Shown: positions 62,762 through 64,000 of the stretch, piece by piece | Numbering within the stretch: position 1 is the first letter of the stretch | Layout: each line of letters opens with the position of its first letter | Made by a program: the position numbers and the translations under genes | Source: a virus | Virus record (IMG/VR): IMGVR_UViG_3300027710_001068 | Span: 6,091 to 70,090 of that record | Direction: 5' to 3' (one strand) | DNA length: 64,000 bases | The notes under the pieces: model-generated | Databases searched by the model: none | What the model saw: the letters and a program-made list of their open reading frames with translations, nothing else | Told to the model about the DNA's origin: nothing

Positions 62762-62853
62762 GGATTGCTAGGTCAACAGGGTGATGCTACCCATACAGTC
62801 CCGGTGGAGCGCTCTCCACGTCCACCCCGCACATCGCTTCGAATCATGCCCCC

Positions 62854-62882
62854 ATTATCACGTCAAACTGGAAAACCGGCAA
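62854..62882 (-). promoter_or_regulatory. Early promoter
   Basis: TTGCCG-N17-GATAAT-GGGGGC-ATG on the minus strand. Confidence 0.6.
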
Positions 62883-62908
62883 CTAGCTAGAAAGTACCAG
62901 GATTGTGC

Positions 62909-62950
62909 GTAAGGGTATTGGTTGTCCTTTTGGTCTATCCAGAAGATAAT
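62909..62950 (+). promoter_or_regulatory. Early promoter cassette; leaderless
   Basis: GTAAGGGTATTGG-TTGTCC-N17-GATAAT, with ATG 6 nt downstream. Confidence 0.8.
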
Positions 62951-62956
62951 AGACTC

Positions 62957-63847
62957 ATGACAACAAACACATACACTAACATGCAAATCGAATCTCGCGG
63001 CGGCAAATACGTAGCAGTTCTCAACGGCAAGGTTGTTGCCGAGTCTACTAGTAAGTACTACCTCAAGCAGAAGATTGCTCGTTTGGAATCCCCAGTGGCA
63101 GAAGAAGACAACGCTGCTATCAAGTTCCCTATTAACCAACGTTTCAACTTCTTGGAGCGTCTTGTGACTATGGTTGGCAAGAACAAGACAGCTTCTGCTA
63201 TTGTGACAGGCGACGGTGGCTTGGGTAAGAGCCATACAGTGATCGCAGCTCTCAAGGCTGCCGGCCTGCGTGACATCAGTGATGTTGAGCCAGGAGAGAC
63301 AGTTGCTCCCCGTACCACATTCCGAGTGATTAAGGGTTACACTACTCCTAAGGGCTTGTTCCGTGTGTTGTGGGAAAACCGTAACAGCATCGTCGTGTTC
63401 GATGATTGCGATAGCGTGTTCAAGGATGCTGATGCTGTTAACCTTCTAAAGGGTGCTTTGGATACCTACGACAAGCGTTTGATCACTTGGAACACTTCCA
63501 CTCGTGAAGACGAACTGCCACGTATGTTTGAGTTCACAGGTGGTGTTGTGTTTATCAGCAACCGTCCTACAGACAAGATCGACCAGGCTTTGCGTACTCG
63601 TTCAATGTGCATCGACCTCTCTATGACCCTCGACCAGAAGATCGAGCGTATGGGAGTTATCATGAACACCGAGTCTTTTATGCCAGGAGTTCCTTCTAGC
63701 TACAAGGCTGATGCTCTGCACCTTATCAAAGAGAATGCTTCAGAGGCACGTGAAGTGTCCCTGCGTACTTTGATCACGATCACTAAGATCCGTGCGGAGA
63801 ATGACAGCGACTGGAAAGACTTAGCACTTTATAGCCTGGTTGCTTAA
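62957..63847 (+). CDS. AAA+/P-loop ATPase
   Basis: GDGGLGKS, VFDDCD, LLKGALD, FISN and R-finger ALRTRS. Confidence 0.88.
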   Translation: MTTNTYTNMQIESRGGKYVAVLNGKVVAESTSKYYLKQKIARLESPVAEEDNAAIKFPINQRFNFLERLVTMVGKNKTASAIVTGDGGLGKSHTVIAALKAAGLRDISDVEPGETVAPRTTFRVIKGYTTPKGLFRVLWENRNSIVVFDDCDSVFKDADAVNLLKGALDTYDKRLITWNTSTREDELPRMFEFTGGVVFISNRPTDKIDQALRTRSMCIDLSMTLDQKIERMGVIMNTESFMPGVPSSYKADALHLIKENASEAREVSLRTLITITKIRAENDSDWKDLALYSLVA

Positions 63848-63861
63848 TACCCTACTGGGCT

Positions 63862-63903
63862 GTAAGGTTACTTGTTGACCTTTTGGTCTATCCAGAAGAT
63901 AAT
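63862..63903 (+). promoter_or_regulatory. Early promoter cassette
   Basis: GTAAGGTTACTTG-TTGACC-N17-GATAAT. Confidence 0.82.
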
Positions 63904-63926
63904 AGGGGCATACTAAGGAAAACACA

Positions 63927-64000
63927 ATGAATACCACAATCACTCTCTCAGCCGAACAAGTAGCTTTTTTACTCCAGGTTCTCTCCGAACGAATCTCTGT
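63927..64000 (+). CDS. Early hypothetical protein (3' truncated)
   Basis: TAAGGA SD; MNTTITLSAEQVAFLLQVLSERIS. Confidence 0.7.
   Translation, partial: MNTTITLSAEQVAFLLQVLSERIS

Noticed and set aside
1-64000. Stop-codon reassignment
   Set aside because: Core genes are full length in the standard code, TAA, TGA and TAG all end genes (e.g. TAG at 47164-47166 for nrdA), and no suppressor tRNA was seen.

Overview
This window is a 64-kb, AT-rich, densely coding segment of a T4-like myophage genome, nearly all on the + strand. A Gram-negative, probably betaproteobacterial, aquatic host is inferred from the host-like genes and spanins. It contains the T4-type core: the 3' end of gp55, gp47/46, gp45/44/62, regA, gp43, uvsX, gp41, gp61, rnh, thyX, nrdAB and phoH. 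Accessory content includes: a 7-deazaguanine DNA-modification cluster (queE, queD, folE, a second QueD-like protein and a DpdA-like transglycosylase, with no queC in the window); a heptose/glycosylation cluster (gmhA, hddA, cytidylyltransferase, epimerase, GT4); an oxidative-stress set (rubrerythrin, rubredoxin, SOD, Dps, thioredoxin, Hsp20); dadA and peptide deformylase; three tRNAs (Gly-TCC, Ile2/Met-CAT, Arg-TCT); a lysis module; and a late block of probable head-internal, protease-processed polyproteins that includes an RNA-ligase-like/NMNAT-like fusion. At the right end are a ~500-bp non-coding region with 10-bp-phased repeats and a cluster of near-identical GATAAT-type early promoter cassettes. 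All calls come from motif recognition by eye; no database searches were run.
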